Positions 1 to 10,636 of a stretch of DNA of 42,790 nucleotides are shown piece after piece. The translations under genes and the position numbers were made by a program. The notes under the pieces were generated by a model. The model was not told the origin of the DNA. It made no database searches and was given only the letters and a program-made list of their open reading frames with translations. Source of the DNA: Mayamaea pseudoterrestris (lineage: Eukaryota); the NCBI GenBank assembly GCA_027923505.1, contig BROI01000017.1:682001-724790 (forward strand), read 5' to 3'. Position 1 is the stretch's first letter. The number at the start of each line of letters is the position of its first letter.

Positions 1-2
1 TT

Positions 3-1856
3 GGACGAGAGACTCCAGCGTCCGACATATATGAAGCCGAAGAGGACATTCTTCGATGGAGTGGTCGAGATGCTGTGGTAGACCAGAGTGAAAGCCAGAT
101 GCTTGATGGGCCCTTAGAGGAATTGGAAGATGAATCTGATGCAGAATCCCTTTTTTACGATGCTGAGCAGCCGAAATTGGGAGTTGACCTTCATCGGATG
201 CGGATTATTCCGTCGCGTTGCATGGAAATACTCTCGGCAATCGATGTTTTATGTCCGGCCTGGATTGAAATTGTATCCAGTCGTGGTAATTACACGCATG
301 CTTTTGCTGTGAATATAAATGGAGTGACCATGTTGCGTTCAGTTGAGGACTGTAATGAGTTAATCGGCGACAGTGCCGCGTCAACGCTTGTGGAGCGGAC
401 TTTTTCGCCCCGTCTATCGGCGGCTGAGCGGATGAGGAGAATGATTGGTTGGGCACTTGTCAATCCACAAGAAGTGGAAATCGCGGCGAGCAAAATTACT
501 CATTTCCGGCAACGGCGTCGTACGTTTTTGAACAACTTTTTAGGCGGGGCTGTCTCTTCATTGTCAGAGAAAGAGAAGTCGCACTTCAAACTATCTGGGA
601 ACGTCTTTAGGGCCTTGAGTGATCGACACTGGGTCCAGGAGTATGTCACGCTTACAACAAAACGTATTGCGTTTGTTCATCCCGGCAAGAAAAAGCCAAC
701 CTTCCATATAAACCTAGCCAGCGTCGTTGAAGTTGCCAGACTTGCAGTGGAAGATTGTCCGATGTTTAGCAATCAGTATTTTCTCGCTTTCCGGTCACTT
801 GGGCGATCGGTGTATTTAATGTTTGGGTCTGAGAAGCATCGAGAGCGATTCATTAGCGACTTTTTTAACTTAAAGGTTATGGAAGGCGGCACAGCCGGAC
901 TTGCAGGGTCCATTAATTCCGAAATGAGCACTGCGTCCCGGCTTGCTCTGATTGATAATCCTGCTGATGAGTTCATGCACAAGAGTAGCATGTGGAATTG
1001 TCAACGGCGACGAATTCTTAATTGCGGCATGTTTAACTTTCGACATTCCATGCCCTCATCTGATCCTATGGAGCAGGTAGAGGATGTGCTGAGGCAAGCA
1101 TTGGAGCCGCTCAGCAGCACCGTTGACGAGGTGGACCAGCGTCGACTATTTCTCGACGCTGCGGCAAAGCTGAAGCAAGCTGACGTTCGAGACCTTTCGG
1201 AGGAATCAAAGCGTGCATTTTTCTTGAACCTGTATCATTTGATGATTATGCATGCATACCTCATTCTCGGCCCTCCGGACTGGAGCCTGAAGTGGATATC
1301 ATACTTTAACAGCATTGCGTATGAGGTTTCTGACGATATTTTTTCGCTTGCCGAATTGGAGCACTGCATTCTTCGGAGTAAAATGAGTCAACCGTCCCAG
1401 TTCATATCGCGGCTGGTCATCCCTCGATCACACTACGATATTGCGCTCTCATCTGCAGATTTCCGTATCAACTTTGCACTGAATTGCGGCTCGCTTTCGA
1501 ATCCCTTGTACATATTTGTTTACGGCCTGGACACACTCGACGCTCAACTCGATGCCGCGAGTCGCTTATGCCTGGCGTCGGCCTCGGTGACGCGAAAGAG
1601 TGGTCGGAAGGTTGTCGTGGAGCTTCCTCGAATCTGTGAGTGGTATTTTGCTGATTTTGGTCAATCGGATGACGAATTGTTGGGGCTGCTGGAGTCCTAC
1701 TTGAGTGATGACTGCCGAGAAGCCTTGAGGAAGTGTCGCCTGTCAGAAACTGGATCGTACGATATGAATCTGATATCCATTCGCTACCAGAGCTACAATT
1801 ATGAATGCCGACCGCTCCAGCTATATGAAGCTTCGTCGCTTTTAAAGCAAACATAG
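3..1856 (+). CDS. DUF547 domain protein with an upstream PH/GRAM-like segment; 5'-truncated by the window edge
   Basis: The frame is open from base 3 to TAG at 1856. DUF547-type motifs are AFFLNLYHLMIMHAYL, FSLAELEHCILR and DFRINFALNCGSLSNP. WVQEYVTLTTKRIAF...INLASVVEV...VYLMFGSEKHRERF resembles a PH fold. Confidence 0.8.
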   Translation, partial: GRETPASDIYEAEEDILRWSGRDAVVDQSESQMLDGPLEELEDESDAESLFYDAEQPKLGVDLHRMRIIPSRCMEILSAIDVLCPAWIEIVSSRGNYTHAFAVNINGVTMLRSVEDCNELIGDSAASTLVERTFSPRLSAAERMRRMIGWALVNPQEVEIAASKITHFRQRRRTFLNNFLGGAVSSLSEKEKSHFKLSGNVFRALSDRHWVQEYVTLTTKRIAFVHPGKKKPTFHINLASVVEVARLAVEDCPMFSNQYFLAFRSLGRSVYLMFGSEKHRERFISDFFNLKVMEGGTAGLAGSINSEMSTASRLALIDNPADEFMHKSSMWNCQRRRILNCGMFNFRHSMPSSDPMEQVEDVLRQALEPLSSTVDEVDQRRLFLDAAAKLKQADVRDLSEESKRAFFLNLYHLMIMHAYLILGPPDWSLKWISYFNSIAYEVSDDIFSLAELEHCILRSKMSQPSQFISRLVIPRSHYDIALSSADFRINFALNCGSLSNPLYIFVYGLDTLDAQLDAASRLCLASASVTRKSGRKVVVELPRICEWYFADFGQSDDELLGLLESYLSDDCREALRKCRLSETGSYDMNLISIRYQSYNYECRPLQLYEASSLLKQT

Positions 1857-2041
1857 AACTACGCGAAAGTTCTTGTAGGTGCAGGTATATGTACTGTAAA
1901 GGTAGCTTTGCAAAGTGCGCGCGCAGCGAAGGACTCATTTGTCATCACATCGGTTTTGCTCACCTAGTCGTCGCCGCTGCCACAGAAATCGCAAGCAGTC
2001 GGACAACCAAAATCAGGCAGCCAACCGGTATAAGCGATACT

Positions 2042-2483
2042 ATGTCTTCATCATCGTTTTACCAAGACGACGCAGACGACGATTCGTCAGTACAGTGAGC
2101 ATCCAGGAACAGCATCAAGATCTCGTACAGAAAATATCGGAAAATGGACCATCACAAACACCAGCTTGTGGAGGAAACACTCGCACCGCTTGATCCAAAC
2201 CGAAGAGCGTATTGAAGTGTTGTTCGAGCACATTGTTGAAGAAGTGTTGCAGTAGGTAAAAAACTTAGAAAATGTAAGCATGCTGTGCGACTATGCCGGG
2301 CATGTCACGCATCACTGTACACTCTCATCATTCCATTCTTTTGCCCATATTGTCTTACAAACACTACCATGTCTGCAGATTGATGCTACAATTATGAAGA
2401 TGAAGAAGAAGCTACAGGAAGCAGCCAAGGAGGCAGCAGAAATTGAAACAGAATACAATTTACAGACAGACCTTGCACGATGA
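2042..2483 (+). pseudogene. Possible disrupted small coiled-coil gene (several frameshifts, one in-frame TAG, one intron)
   Basis: Protein-like segments fall in alternating frames: MSSSSFYQDDADDDSS / TVSIQEQHQDLVQKI / MDHHKHQLVEETLA / RLIQTEERIEVLFEHIVEEVLQ*VKNLEN. A GTAAGC...CTGCAG intron (2274-2378) follows, then IDATIMKMKKKLQEAAKEAAEIETEYNLQTDLAR*. Confidence 0.35.
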
Positions 2484-2513
2484 GCTTGTAACTACCGGTA
2501 CTTGTGCGCGGCG

Positions 2514-4082
2514 CTAAAGGAATAACCTCTTTTTGCTTTCACTTTGCTTTGCTCTATCTGTTGCATGCGGTGTTACGAAGAGCCGATTTGCTTGCCGCTC
2601 CATTAGCTCCAGTAGTTCGTCGTTACCTTCCTCCGCTTGTCCTTGCTGTCCGATGCGTTCACAGCCAGACACTCGCAGTAGTCGTTCCATGTCATGCTCG
2701 TCCAGAGTGAACATAAATACTTGTCGCAATTGTTTAGGGCGCTTGCTAGGCGCAACGTCATTCAATGATGGAGCAATCCGACATGCTACGACCGTGCCAG
2801 CTACCTTGTCGAGTTGTAAGGTCCAACGCAGCACAACAGATGCCATGGACACGGCATGCTTCCGAGCAATGTCTTGAATTGTATCCAGCATAATTGTGCG
2901 AAAAGTTGGCCATGCGTCGAGTGATAGGGCCTTCGTCATCTCATTCGTATCGTCATCGGCGTACGGATCACGGGCTTGATGCAAGTGACGGTTCAGTGAC
3001 TCGTCATGGCGCTCCTTCCACTTAAGAATAGTGGTCTTAAAGTGGGACCAATCCTGGATATTATTTGTAAGATTTGGTGGGAACAGCGACCGAGATTTAA
3101 TTCCGAAGTATCGGTCAGTCAACAATCCACCAGCCAATGGACTCGATAGTATGAGCGGCACCGTATCTTCTTTCGCAAGCGCCAGGTAGCCCAAGGGATC
3201 TAGTAAATTAGAAGAGATTTCATTGGACTCGACTGTGAACCTGTGGCTTTCAGCTTGCTTTAAAATGCTAATTGGAAAGTTGGCTGCGCCCACGGAACGC
3301 ACAAACCCATCGCGAACAAGATCCTGAAGGTAATCAAGCGCATCCAAATGATACAGAGAGCCTTCGTTGTACTGCAGCTGCAAACAATCAATTTCGTCTC
3401 CTCCGATACGATGAAGCGATTCGAGTACGGTGTTTCGCATGGAAATGGAGCTCATATGTATGGGTATCTCAAGCGGGAGGGTGATTCGGCAACGATCCAA
3501 TTGATATGCTGGAGTATCATGCCGAAACCTCTTGACTATATCAGCCTCAACCGATGCGTGCATATTGTTCGATCGAGACGGAAGCTTAAAGGAGGTGAGA
3601 CCGCTGTCGAGAAAGCCGTGCATATGAGAGACTAATTCTGAGGGTTCTACATCCTGATCTCCCCGACCGTCAAAGATGTTCAAGGCTACCGAAATTCGGC
3701 ATGATTCTTTCATATCAACTCCACTGTTGCCAGACGACAGTTTATAATATGCACCAGGTGGAAGCTGCCCTTCTTGGTCAAGGTCAAAATCACAGGGCAA
3801 ACTGGTCGTGTTTGACGACAAGTCATCTCGTTCCGACTCCGCGGAATACCAAAAGCTGGATCGTGAGGCATCCGTCCGAGCGGCAGATGGTCGATGACAG
3901 GCACCTAAAGCTTCAAATCCACTGTAGGTATCTAGCATGCATGAGCTCCGTCGCCTTTCGCGAGTAAATGAAAACACTTGACATGAACCGCTGTAAGAAA
4001 ATGCGTCCGCTGAGCCCGCGATGAAAGTGAAAGCAATGGAGCAATTTCTGACAAAACGGGCGACTCGCCGATGCTCTTGCAT
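2514..4082 (-). CDS. Aldo/keto reductase-fold protein, probably plastid-targeted, catalytic residues apparently degenerate
   Basis: AKR-fold motifs are VLESLHRIGGDEIDCLQLQ, LQDLVRDGFVRSVGAANF, SSPLAGGLLTDRY and IARKHAVSMASVVLRWTLQ. Start placed at MQEH (4082), followed by a hydrophobic signal ending ADA-F. The longer ORF start at 4334 runs through promoter-like sequence. Confidence 0.8.
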   Translation of the reverse strand: MQEHRRVARFVRNCSIAFTFIAGSADAFSYSGSCQVFSFTRERRRSSCMLDTYSGFEALGACHRPSAARTDASRSSFWYSAESERDDLSSNTTSLPCDFDLDQEGQLPPGAYYKLSSGNSGVDMKESCRISVALNIFDGRGDQDVEPSELVSHMHGFLDSGLTSFKLPSRSNNMHASVEADIVKRFRHDTPAYQLDRCRITLPLEIPIHMSSISMRNTVLESLHRIGGDEIDCLQLQYNEGSLYHLDALDYLQDLVRDGFVRSVGAANFPISILKQAESHRFTVESNEISSNLLDPLGYLALAKEDTVPLILSSPLAGGLLTDRYFGIKSRSLFPPNLTNNIQDWSHFKTTILKWKERHDESLNRHLHQARDPYADDDTNEMTKALSLDAWPTFRTIMLDTIQDIARKHAVSMASVVLRWTLQLDKVAGTVVACRIAPSLNDVAPSKRPKQLRQVFMFTLDEHDMERLLRVSGCERIGQQGQAEEGNDELLELMERQANRLFVTPHATDRAKQSESKKRLFL

Positions 4083-4199
4083 ATGCGATAAATGTCTGGA
4101 AGTTAAATAATAATGCGATACAAGAGATTGTCGCGATGTTTGGGGCGCCCTCATGTGGACGAATCGATTTATGTTTTCGACGCCTCGAGCTGGATTTGA

Positions 4200-4372
4200 A
4201 GCCGGTACGACGTCACTACGACAGACGCACACAGTACATACGTAGGTACCGGTACGCGGTACTACCGGGAGTGTATCCGTACGTATACTAACAACAGTAT
4301 GTATATCAACTACAATCGTTGTACCCATAAGCATTACATATAATCGGCAGCTAAAGTAAACGCGGGAGTACT
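4200..4372. promoter_or_regulatory. GTAC-dense upstream region containing CCGGTACGAC (candidate promoter element)
   Basis: About 8 GTAC tetramers lie within about 170 bp upstream of the AKR-fold gene. The same 10-mer occurs at 7414 and 26013. Confidence 0.35.
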
Positions 4373-4429
4373 AGCGCCGCAGAAGGCTGACATACGATGA
4401 ACTAAACTGAAATTGTGCGCACACGTTAG

Positions 4430-7339
4430 TCAGGCAGCATGCTTGACCATAAGTCTGTCGACTACTCCATTCGATTCCTTGGAAGCCATTAGATGCGAAA
4501 GAATGTCGAAAGACTGCCGCTTGACTTGGTCACTATCTACTGTCTCCAATTCGAGGCATCTTTCACCCGCGGCATGCATCGCGTCCGACAATAAATTAAT
4601 CAATGCAGTGCTTGCGTTGCTTCCATTCACAACAACATCGGGCCGTACGTAATGCGGAACCATTAGTTTTAGAAGGTCAATGTTAACCTGGAGCTGGCGA
4701 TATGCATGCCCTGTAATGATTGCGACTCGCACATTCTCCAATAAGGCTTTGAAAGCAACCTTGAGCACAAGGAACATGACATCAGATGGATGCCGTGCGA
4801 TTATTGTCGACGATGAAGGCAGAATATTTATACTTTCCTTGAACATTCGTTCCACATCAAGATGCAAACCTGTCTTGCGGACCATGGCAGCCGTCGGAAT
4901 AAGTGAAAAAATGAGTTCTGGTTGCACGACAGGAATGACACCCGCCCAATTGTTGACACCAAACAACTCAGAGCACTCATCACCAGTGTCACGTGCAAGC
5001 TGCAGTGATTGCAACACACAGTCCTGTGGCGGTTCTGTCGTCGTTTTAACGTCATGGTAACACAATGATTCAATCAACTTATCCGCAACCTGTGATCCAC
5101 GGTTTGAGGAATAAAGTACGAGTAAACGAGAAGCAGCAATCTGAAACCTTTGCACCGTCACCTCAAACTCTCCAGCTATGTCTCCACCATGTTCAAACAG
5201 TCCCTTGGACCTTTTCTTTTGGCAACTCGAGTGAAACGACATGGATTGCTCCAGCATATCCGAAAATGACCTCGTCGCCAAGCGACACGTTTCAGCAAGA
5301 GTCAAAATATAATCAGAGTCGACATATCCAACCTCAATATTATTTGAAGCAAGAATCTCTTTATGTGCCTTAACGAGCAGCGAGGTCACTGCGAGGGCTC
5401 TAGCGGCCTTAGAGTCTGCTTCCTCAAACGTTAAGGACTGCTGCAACTCAAGGTTGTCTGTGACGATTGCATACAAATAATCTACTCCAATCGTTTCCTT
5501 GGCTTTCGCATCAACAATTTGCATGGCATCGCATGATTCACCCCCAGCCAACATCTCGAAGGCATTTGCAAGCCACACAGAGAATCGATTAATGCTTGCG
5601 TGTACAGCTTGCTTCATCACTCCCAGATCGTTCGACTCCAAGTTCGCGCTTACGCCATCTGGTGCGAAAGTACTTCGGATCGCGTCATCCACCAACTGGA
5701 GACAATCCGACAATGCAACATTCGCAATCTGCACCATGTCATTCAGAGGAGGCTTTCCAGATGCGATGCAGTCTCTTCGTTCCTGTATCATCCGTTGAAC
5801 GAAGGGCACCAAGCACTTCTCAACAATGCTCAGTCTCAAGCGTATAAACTTTTGATCCACTCGACGCCGAACAAGGGTATCTGTCAACACCTGTGCCTGC
5901 GCAACAAGACTGGATGCGTAAGCAGTACTCATCCCGACATCGACGTGCGTCAAGCCTTGAGCAAGCTTTTGTACCTCGCCAACTAGAAGCGCTAATGCCA
6001 CGGAAACACCCAATTCGGGTTCTGCTTCGCCGTCGTCAGGTATGCTGTCATCAGTTGTGCTTTCATCCAACAAGGCGGCGCGCACTTGCATCAAAAAGGA
6101 AGCAAACGCTTCCGAGACAAAATTGACAATCTCATTGTTACCAGCCACGTACACACCAAAACCTTTCGCCCATAGCTTTGCCACGTCCAGAATATTGGCC
6201 AACACGTCTCTCGGAACAAGACTTGCGTGATCAACTTCTAATGAGCTTCGAGTGCTATTAGTTGTGGAAGCTCCAAGATGGATGTCCAGCACATGCGACT
6301 CCATTTCTTGTAAATTGTAGCGTCGTTCTTGAACTTCGATCATGTGCGTATCAAGTAGTCGATCCAGAAGGCGCATGCTGGCCGACAGATACATTTGTTG
6401 CAGCTCGATTGCATCTTCGTTGCTTTTGCGAAGCAGATAAAGCGTCCCCGAACATTCAAATATGTCCCGTACACTTCTTGGCGCTTCCGGCTCTTCCTCA
6501 CCCTCCTCAACGGCAGTTCGTCCACTCCAAGAGTTCAGCTTGCAGTTTAAATTGACTTTCAATTCTTCCAAAATTGAATTACATTCCGTCTCGATCGATT
6601 TTAAGCTTTCAAAGCCTTCTGAATGTCTTTTTAAAATTGAAGATGCCTGAAGAAATTGCCTGCAGGCACTTCGACATTCCCCATTGGCGATTTGATCGCG
6701 CAAAGTCTGAGGCAGCTTGAGCAGAGTATCCAGACGAGTCAGAAGTCGCTTAATGCGAATCTTTTCCGCAACTTGATCCCGTAAGGAGCCAAGAGACTCT
6801 TCAATAATTCTCGAATTGTCGTCGAGCGAAGACATGCCATTGGACAGACTAACTAAGCCTGGTTCGTTCGCCTTGACGTTGACCCCAATCGACCGAATAG
6901 CATCAGTCGCATCTATAAACCTGGTATAATTTTCGTAAACCAATGCCTGCATTTCCGTATCAAGAGTTCTGACGCTCAGGGAAAGTTGCTCCTCCGTGTC
7001 TAACAACGTATGCATCGAGGAATGCTTGACATGCTGCCTCGTATGCGCGTCGGCATCAAATGCCGGCGAGTCTAAATCGTCTGTAACGTCAAACCGATTT
7101 TTTAAAGGCCATCTCTCGTCTTCGTCGTCATTTAAGAATTCATCGTCATCCTCCACATCCATGCTGGCAGTAGGTAAAGCATCCGCCACTGCTTTGCGTC
7201 CATAGAAATTTTCCAACAGCTTCTTGCGCACCATCGCCTCCCGATCCAAAGTGTCGCTACCGGTACTCTTCTTAGCTCCTAGCGTAAGAAAATCGTCATC
7301 AGACGACGACGATACAGAAACGTCCGAATCATCAGACAT
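4430..7339 (-). CDS. VPS51: GARP/EARP complex subunit Vps51
   Basis: Single 969-aa ORF with RKKLLENFYG, DLDSPAFDADAH, VRTLDTEMQALVYENYTRFIDATDAIR and a C-terminal YRQLQVNIDLLK. Confidence 0.9.
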   Translation of the reverse strand: MSDDSDVSVSSSSDDDFLTLGAKKSTGSDTLDREAMVRKKLLENFYGRKAVADALPTASMDVEDDDEFLNDDEDERWPLKNRFDVTDDLDSPAFDADAHTRQHVKHSSMHTLLDTEEQLSLSVRTLDTEMQALVYENYTRFIDATDAIRSIGVNVKANEPGLVSLSNGMSSLDDNSRIIEESLGSLRDQVAEKIRIKRLLTRLDTLLKLPQTLRDQIANGECRSACRQFLQASSILKRHSEGFESLKSIETECNSILEELKVNLNCKLNSWSGRTAVEEGEEEPEAPRSVRDIFECSGTLYLLRKSNEDAIELQQMYLSASMRLLDRLLDTHMIEVQERRYNLQEMESHVLDIHLGASTTNSTRSSLEVDHASLVPRDVLANILDVAKLWAKGFGVYVAGNNEIVNFVSEAFASFLMQVRAALLDESTTDDSIPDDGEAEPELGVSVALALLVGEVQKLAQGLTHVDVGMSTAYASSLVAQAQVLTDTLVRRRVDQKFIRLRLSIVEKCLVPFVQRMIQERRDCIASGKPPLNDMVQIANVALSDCLQLVDDAIRSTFAPDGVSANLESNDLGVMKQAVHASINRFSVWLANAFEMLAGGESCDAMQIVDAKAKETIGVDYLYAIVTDNLELQQSLTFEEADSKAARALAVTSLLVKAHKEILASNNIEVGYVDSDYILTLAETCRLATRSFSDMLEQSMSFHSSCQKKRSKGLFEHGGDIAGEFEVTVQRFQIAASRLLVLYSSNRGSQVADKLIESLCYHDVKTTTEPPQDCVLQSLQLARDTGDECSELFGVNNWAGVIPVVQPELIFSLIPTAAMVRKTGLHLDVERMFKESINILPSSSTIIARHPSDVMFLVLKVAFKALLENVRVAIITGHAYRQLQVNIDLLKLMVPHYVRPDVVVNGSNASTALINLLSDAMHAAGERCLELETVDSDQVKRQSFDILSHLMASKESNGVVDRLMVKHAA

Positions 7340-7563
7340 AGTAGTGGCTGTATATCGACTTTATGCAAGCAGTAGGCAGCCGAGACAACACGCAAGGCCG
7401 TGTCCTAGTGGAACCGGTACGACAGGCAATTTTTTCCCGTACGTAACGTATCGGTAGTTGTTGTAGACAACAATCGTGTCTTGCACCGATCTTCCCAAGA
7501 ATCATATCAGGGAACCATAAATGTACTCCAGTAATTCAACATAAGTAATGCATGTAATTGTTT

Positions 7564-8746
7564 TTATTTTGGATAGTGATTTTCGTACCAAAAGTCGCCG
7601 ATTTGCTCGCGCGTGGTGATCCAAACATCACTGCCCAACGTTTTTGCAAAGTCGATGAATTCTTCCAGGCCGGCCACTCGTCCAGGCCTCGCCAATCGGC
7701 AATGTAAACCAACACTCATCATGGTGGGGTGCCCATCTTTGCCTTCCTTGACCGCATATGTCAATGAGTCCTTAAGGTACGAGCCAAATGCTTGACCATT
7801 GGCAAAGTTTGCTGGACTCGTAAATCGCATATCATTCTCGCTTAAAGTATAGGGTATGACCAAATGCGGCTTAGTTTCATATTCCGTGTTCCAGTATGGC
7901 AAATCGTCCGCATACGAGTCAGAATCGTACTTGAAGCCTCCTTCTTCGACGACCAGGCGGCGTGTATTCACGTTTGGCTGATGGAGTATTTATATGAATG
8001 TCGTTATCAATGGAAACAAACCGTAACGGTGCCAGAGTCAGAAAGATAATTTGATACCTTTGCCATTGCACAAAGAGAGACGACTTGAACTTGCGTACCT
8101 TCCCTTGATACATTCCAACAGGACGTTTCCCGAGCAAACGCTCGTGTACTTCAATTGTCTTGGCGATGTGGGCTCGCTCCGTCTCCTCGTCAACGTTTTG
8201 GTAGTCAATCCACCGGTATCCATGCGAAGCAGTTTCCCAGGTTTCCATTTCTTTTAAGGCTTGACAGACTTGTGGGTTGCGTTCCAGTGCCATGCCCACG
8301 GCAAAGACAGTGACAGGAATACACTTGTCGCGAAAGAGTCTTTGGAGGCGCCAGAATCCAGATCTAGCCCCATAATCGTAAAGGCTCTCCATGTTGGCGC
8401 TTCGTTGACCCTCTTTGGTGAAGGATGGAAGAGGTGCAGGGTGCAGGCGCACGTGATGAGTGAATTGGCACTCACGCAGTCACAACAAAACGACGCCTTT
8501 CCACACTGTCTTACCAAGCGGAACAGCTCCAACTATTTCACTCAGCAAGTGCTCCGACTGAGCGTCACCATGCAGGATACACGATTCACCTCCTTCCTCG
8601 TAGTTGATGACAAAGTTGAGAGCAACGACGGCTCCTCCAGGCCAGGTTCCCGGCATTCCCTTGCCTGCGTATCCAATGAGATCACGGCCTCCATACCTCG
8701 ATACACCTTGATGATTGTCCATGCAAATTGGCTGAAAACTAGCCAT
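7564..8746 (-). CDS. puuE: PuuE-type allantoinase (polysaccharide deacetylase fold); exons 8746-8515, 8412-8099, 7977-7564
   Basis: Spliced product contains RDLIGY..WPGGAVVALNFVINYEEGGE, ESLYDYGARSGFWR, SHGYRW, YDSDSYADDLPYW and MMSVGLHCRL.RPGR. GT-AG introns 8514-8413 and 8098-7978 keep the frame. The start could alternatively be 8722. Confidence 0.88.
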
Positions 8747-9102
8747 TGTGACTGGCGATGACAGGAGGAGCGCTGGCAACAAGGATTGGACTTTTGACGA
8801 CTTCCTTCATGGTGAGCGGAAGATTCGTGTCAAACAAAAGTATAACCCGGAGAAGCAAGCGTATTCATTATGACTATCGCTTTGAGAGTGAGATCTTTTC
8901 CGGGGCCGAAGTTCGTCCCGAAGCTGGATGACGCTCTCACGCAAGTGGTGTGACCTCCAGCTGCATTCGTCAATCGTTGAGGTTCACAGCAGCGAGCAAA
9001 CGGCCTTGACAGTGAACCAGATCAACAGTGTATAATCAAGAGGGAAGCAATCGAACATCGTTAGTGGTGCTTTAGACTAATACGCGAGAAATTAGCAACG
9101 AA

Positions 9103-10636
9103 ATGAACGAAACGGTCGCCTATACTCCTCTTCGGCCATTACGAGGGACAGAGACAGCTAAGAAGACGGTGTCAGTCATTCTGTTGCTCTTGTCCGCCTT
9201 TTTCGTTCATGTGGGGCACGCGCAGCAGGAAGTCACTGTGCGCGAAATTGATACAACCTATGCAAGCATGTATCCAGGCATCACGGCCGCTCAGGGCTTG
9301 CTCATTCCAGGGAATGGAGTGGAGATTAACTGCATGCAACCACCACAACCGCGATCCTATAATGTATCCTCGAAGCCGTCCAAAAGTTTGTGCAGCGTTC
9401 CCAATTGGCTGTATCTCATGGAAGAGTCCAAAAAAGAAAGCCTTCAAATCACTGATCCGCACCCGATATGTCTCGTCGTTAGTGGCAATGAAACTGATTG
9501 TCCACTCGAACAGCAAGTGAAAATGACACAGGAAATACAGGACAAGGTCAGCGATCGCGTCAAGTGCTTAGTTGTTTATGGGAACAATCCAGACATCTAC
9601 GAACTCCCCATTCAGAATTATGCGGTTGCCGTCATTTACGTACCGCCGCTTGCTGGCAAGGATATTTTGACGCGGATGAATCAGTTGGCTAATTCCTCCA
9701 ATACGAGTTCCTTCTTTTTTGATCCATTAGGCGACAATGTCGATTGGAGTTACGCCTTTCAGGTTCAGCCGTACGGCGGTCCAGGGCAGTATTATGATGG
9801 CAGGTCAAACAACTTTTTCTGGTTTCGCATCGTTTTGTTTACGCTGCTGATCATCTCGCCATGTTTGCGTGCTGGATATCTTTGGTACTCGGGCGGAGGA
9901 AGGGTGCATTTGCGGAGAAACGAAAGTGGACGCATTGTTGGGTTTCAAGTTGTTCCGTAAGTGTTATCACACAAGTCGTATGCATTATAGAGCGTGATAT
10001 CTCAACTGATGTGTTGGTGATTCAATTTACAGGCCCATGCCGCATTGGCTATCGTCGGGCGTCATCATAAGACCAACGGAGCCTGTGAGCACCATTTTGA
10101 CAGAAGAGCAATTTAATAGTCTTCCGACGACGACCTATCAACCGGCTGGTGGTCAAAAGTCGGATAATGACGATGACGACAGAGCCGATATTGACCTTGG
10201 TGCAACTGCAGTGGAGGAAAACCAGTTGACGACTTCTATGCCACAAACAAGGCTTGTGAATGATCTGGAGCAAGCTCCAGCCGTTGCGGTTGCTGCAAAT
10301 TCTTCTTCATTTGTGCCGGAACAAGCTGCTGCTGGCGCAAATGGATCATCGTCAAACTTTGTTCGGACTAATTGTACACTCTGCTCAATCTGCATTGACG
10401 ATTTTGAATTGAACGAAACACTTTTGATCTTGCCTCGATGTCAACATGCCTTTCACAGAAGTTGCATTCATCCGTGGCTGACAGAGCGCCAGGGATGTTG
10501 TCCCTTGTGCAAGACCAATGTGTTTGAGCAGCAGCAGGAGCGTGCGTCGGCGCGAGAGGACGAGGCAGCTACAGCTGCAAGAAGCGAGTTGCCAATGGAT
10601 TTGTCCGGGCGGTCGAACGATAGACGCGGTACTTGA
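9103..10636 (+). CDS. Membrane RING-H2 E3 ubiquitin ligase (signal/PA-like lumenal domain, TM, RING-H2; RNF13/RMR-like); exons 9103-9956, 10033-10636
   Basis: N-terminal hydrophobic signal, TM segment FWFRIVLFTLLIISPCL and RING-H2 CSICIDDF..LPRCQHAFHRSCIHPWLTERQGCCPLCK. Intron 9957-10032 (GTAAGT...TACAG) joins the ORFs in frame. Confidence 0.85.

Noticed and set aside
4083..4334. N-terminal extension of the 606-aa AKR ORF
   Set aside because: It runs through low-complexity GTAC-rich intergenic sequence, and the signal peptide begins only after the Met at 4082.
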